A DNA stretch of 61,333 nucleotides, counting the filler, from Basidiobolus ranarum (lineage: Eukaryota): the NCBI GenBank assembly GCA_040143965.1. It is 10 parts of 10 records of this genome, joined end to end, with 100 filler letters (N's around TTAATTAATTAA, not from the genome) between each part and the next. Parts side by side here need not be neighbours in the genome. Positions count along the whole stretch, not along the records: positions 55,304 to 61,333 come from JASJQH010001433.1; 9 more parts are not named here. One strand, written 5' to 3'. Positions 59,449-61,333 of this stretch are shown here, piece after piece. A program made the position numbers and the translations under genes. How positions within the stretch are numbered: position 1 is the stretch's first letter; each line of letters starts with the position of its first letter. Below the pieces are notes generated by a model. It had not been told where the DNA came from, made no database searches, and worked only from the letters and a program-made list of their open reading frames with translations.

Positions 59449-60566
59449 TCATAATTTCGGCTCGTTGGCGATACAATCTAACTCGCCCGCGTCAGGTACG
59501 ACCACGGATGTCATCTCTGAAGAAAGCTCTCCGGCAGTGCCAAGAGTCGGTTCAGCACTATTGTGAATGAATTTGGATGCAGATGGGCGTGATTCAGCTC
59601 GAAATGCTACAACGGCGTTGGTTAGAAATCTAGATGCTAGTGCCACTATAGAATGCCTTGATTAATATATTGCGTACGATAGAAATGATAAGAGATGTCT
59701 TTTCACTTACTGCCTAGATAATACGGAAGAATCGTGTTGGTAATATTGTTGTTGGTTAACAAGGTCATTAGGACGACTATAAACATAGTGACGGTGCTGA
59801 CTATAAAAAAATGGATGCTTTTCTTGACAATTCGATAATAAGCTTTGATCTTTTGGGAGAGATCAGTTTGAAATAGCGTTGGCTCTATCTCCGTCTTGAT
59901 CAAGTTTATGTGCTTTCGTATAGCAAAAATGAATACGAGGCAGAAGAAAAAATTGGCAACAAGGTCGATTCCCATAACGTAGTTGAGCTCGAAAGGAAGG
60001 TTGACATATTCACAAACATGTAGAACCTCTGACAGAGAGGACTGGAGACGCGCTAGGACAAAGCAGAAAGGAATGTACTTGCTAGCGCATAGTGTGATAC
60101 CAACATACAGAAGTGCTTTCCGTTTGCCATTAACTACATATGCTCTCATGAGTAACACAAGGTCTGTACAAGAGGCAGAAAGTTGAAAGAGGACTAGCGA
60201 AAAGGCATTACGAGCAATACAATCAATATCGAAAAAGAAGTAGTACACTATGATAACTATAGAACCACTGAAGCCGAAAACACAGCTTGCTAAACACAAA
60301 GTGGCCATCGGACGTGGCTGAGATATGAAGTTCAGTTTGAGGATACTCCATATTCCGGTGACAAAGAGAATAGCGACAAAAGAGTACACAATCAAAGTGC
60401 CGTTAGAGACTAATAATTGATTGTGAAAGTATTCTTCCCATTCGCTTTCAATGCTATAGTCACTCTTTGTGGTCTCCCCCAGAAATGTGTATGGATCAGA
60501 AAACATGAAGGCAAAAAAAACTAGATCCACAGCAATTATCACGGATCTACGAGAAATCTCGTTCAT
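59449..60566 (-). CDS. Multi-pass (about 7 TM) receptor-like membrane protein; 2 exons
   Basis: Hydrophobic helices with paired extracellular Cys. Intron 59710-59646 joins ORF 59703-60566 in frame to ORF 59449-59646. Confidence 0.7.
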
Positions 60567-60891
60567 TTGGGTGACAAGCTCTATTTATAAAGGTCAGCAG
60601 GTGAATCATTGAATAAACCGATAATTCTATTCGATATATGGTTCAATCAATCTCATTCGAAGACTAATACTACCACAATTCTTAGAAACTAAGACGGATC
60701 TAGCCCATTCCGAGGCTTCCTGATATGGATTGGTCATAAAACACGACTACAGCAACACCAAACATGTGATCAGTTCATTAAGAAATAAGTTTATTGTCTG
60801 AATATAATATAATGAATTATGTACTAATACTAGCCCTGTTTATCTAGGGCAATCTATGTTGAGATTAGATAAGCGCTCCACCAAAACATGC

Positions 60892-61333
60892 TTATTTAGA
60901 AGACTTCTTGCGTTTGCCAGAAGATGCGACGTTGCTGGTGGATTTTCTTTTGATCTATAAAGAATGTTAGCAATGGTGCTTGCATCAATATCAATTGGGA
61001 TATACATACAGAATCTACTAGGCGACTAATACTGGCATCTTTGACCTTCGATTTGGGTTGATCATTCGATGGCTTGACCTGGTCCTCGCTGTGCTCATTG
61101 CCGGTAACTTGGCGTCTTTGGCGTTCTTCGAGTAGTTTGGACATGGATTTAGTCTTCTTGAACCTAATCACATTGTAATTGTTTACAGTTAGTTGGTTAG
61201 CATTAGTCACATAAAAAGGCTATCACTTACTGAGGATTGGTAGGATCAATGGCGAAGTGATGAGATTCATGAAGCGCAGTGAAACGAGGATCGCTGACAT
61301 TGATCTCAAACTCGTCAGTATCTTCGACGGCCA
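60892..61333 (-). CDS. ESF1: ESF1 pre-rRNA processing factor, 3' exons (NUC153 domain)
   Basis: DPRFTALHESHHFAIDPTNPQ/FKKTKSMSKLLEER..SRLVDS/IKRK. Confidence 0.85.

Overview
This is not one locus. It is ten unrelated ~6 kb contigs (6058, 6053, 6051, 6048, 6046, 6042, 6038, 6036, 6031, 6030 nt, sorted by length) joined by artificial 100-nt N44-TTAATTAATTAA-N44 spacers, so adjacency means something only within a contig. The DNA is an AT-rich eukaryotic nuclear genome with many short GT-AG introns. It is most consistent with an early-diverging fungus (Zoopagomycota/Mucoromycota-like; Basidiobolus is a guess). Housekeeping genes: MME1-type mitochondrial carrier, ISA2, a GCAT-like 5' end, monoglyceride lipase, SAH1, REV1, CENP-C/MIF2, EMI1, PDB1, ESF1 and an ARM-repeat gene. 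Accessory genes: two SDRs, tyrosinase, an ABCA transporter, two 7TM proteins and several secreted proteins. There are also pseudogenes (RPS4, PAP2 phosphatase, ferritin-like) and dense, CpG-depleted nests of Ty1/copia elements primed by a half-tRNA-iMet. Best leads: (1) an intronless bacterial-type PhnY (2-aminoethylphosphonate dioxygenase)-like gene present as an inverted, near-identical pair around a dead PAP2 phosphatase; (2) a three-gene family of secreted CBM19-like proteins whose acidic tail varies from His-free to His/Asp/Trp repeats; (3) an intronless GT-A-like gene of a type I associate with giant viruses and bacteria; (4) a two-exon double zinc-ribbon gene missed by the ORF track. 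Single-base deletions in PDB1 and ABCA suggest assembly indel errors, so single-lesion pseudogene calls are uncertain. All homology calls come from recalled motifs, not database searches.
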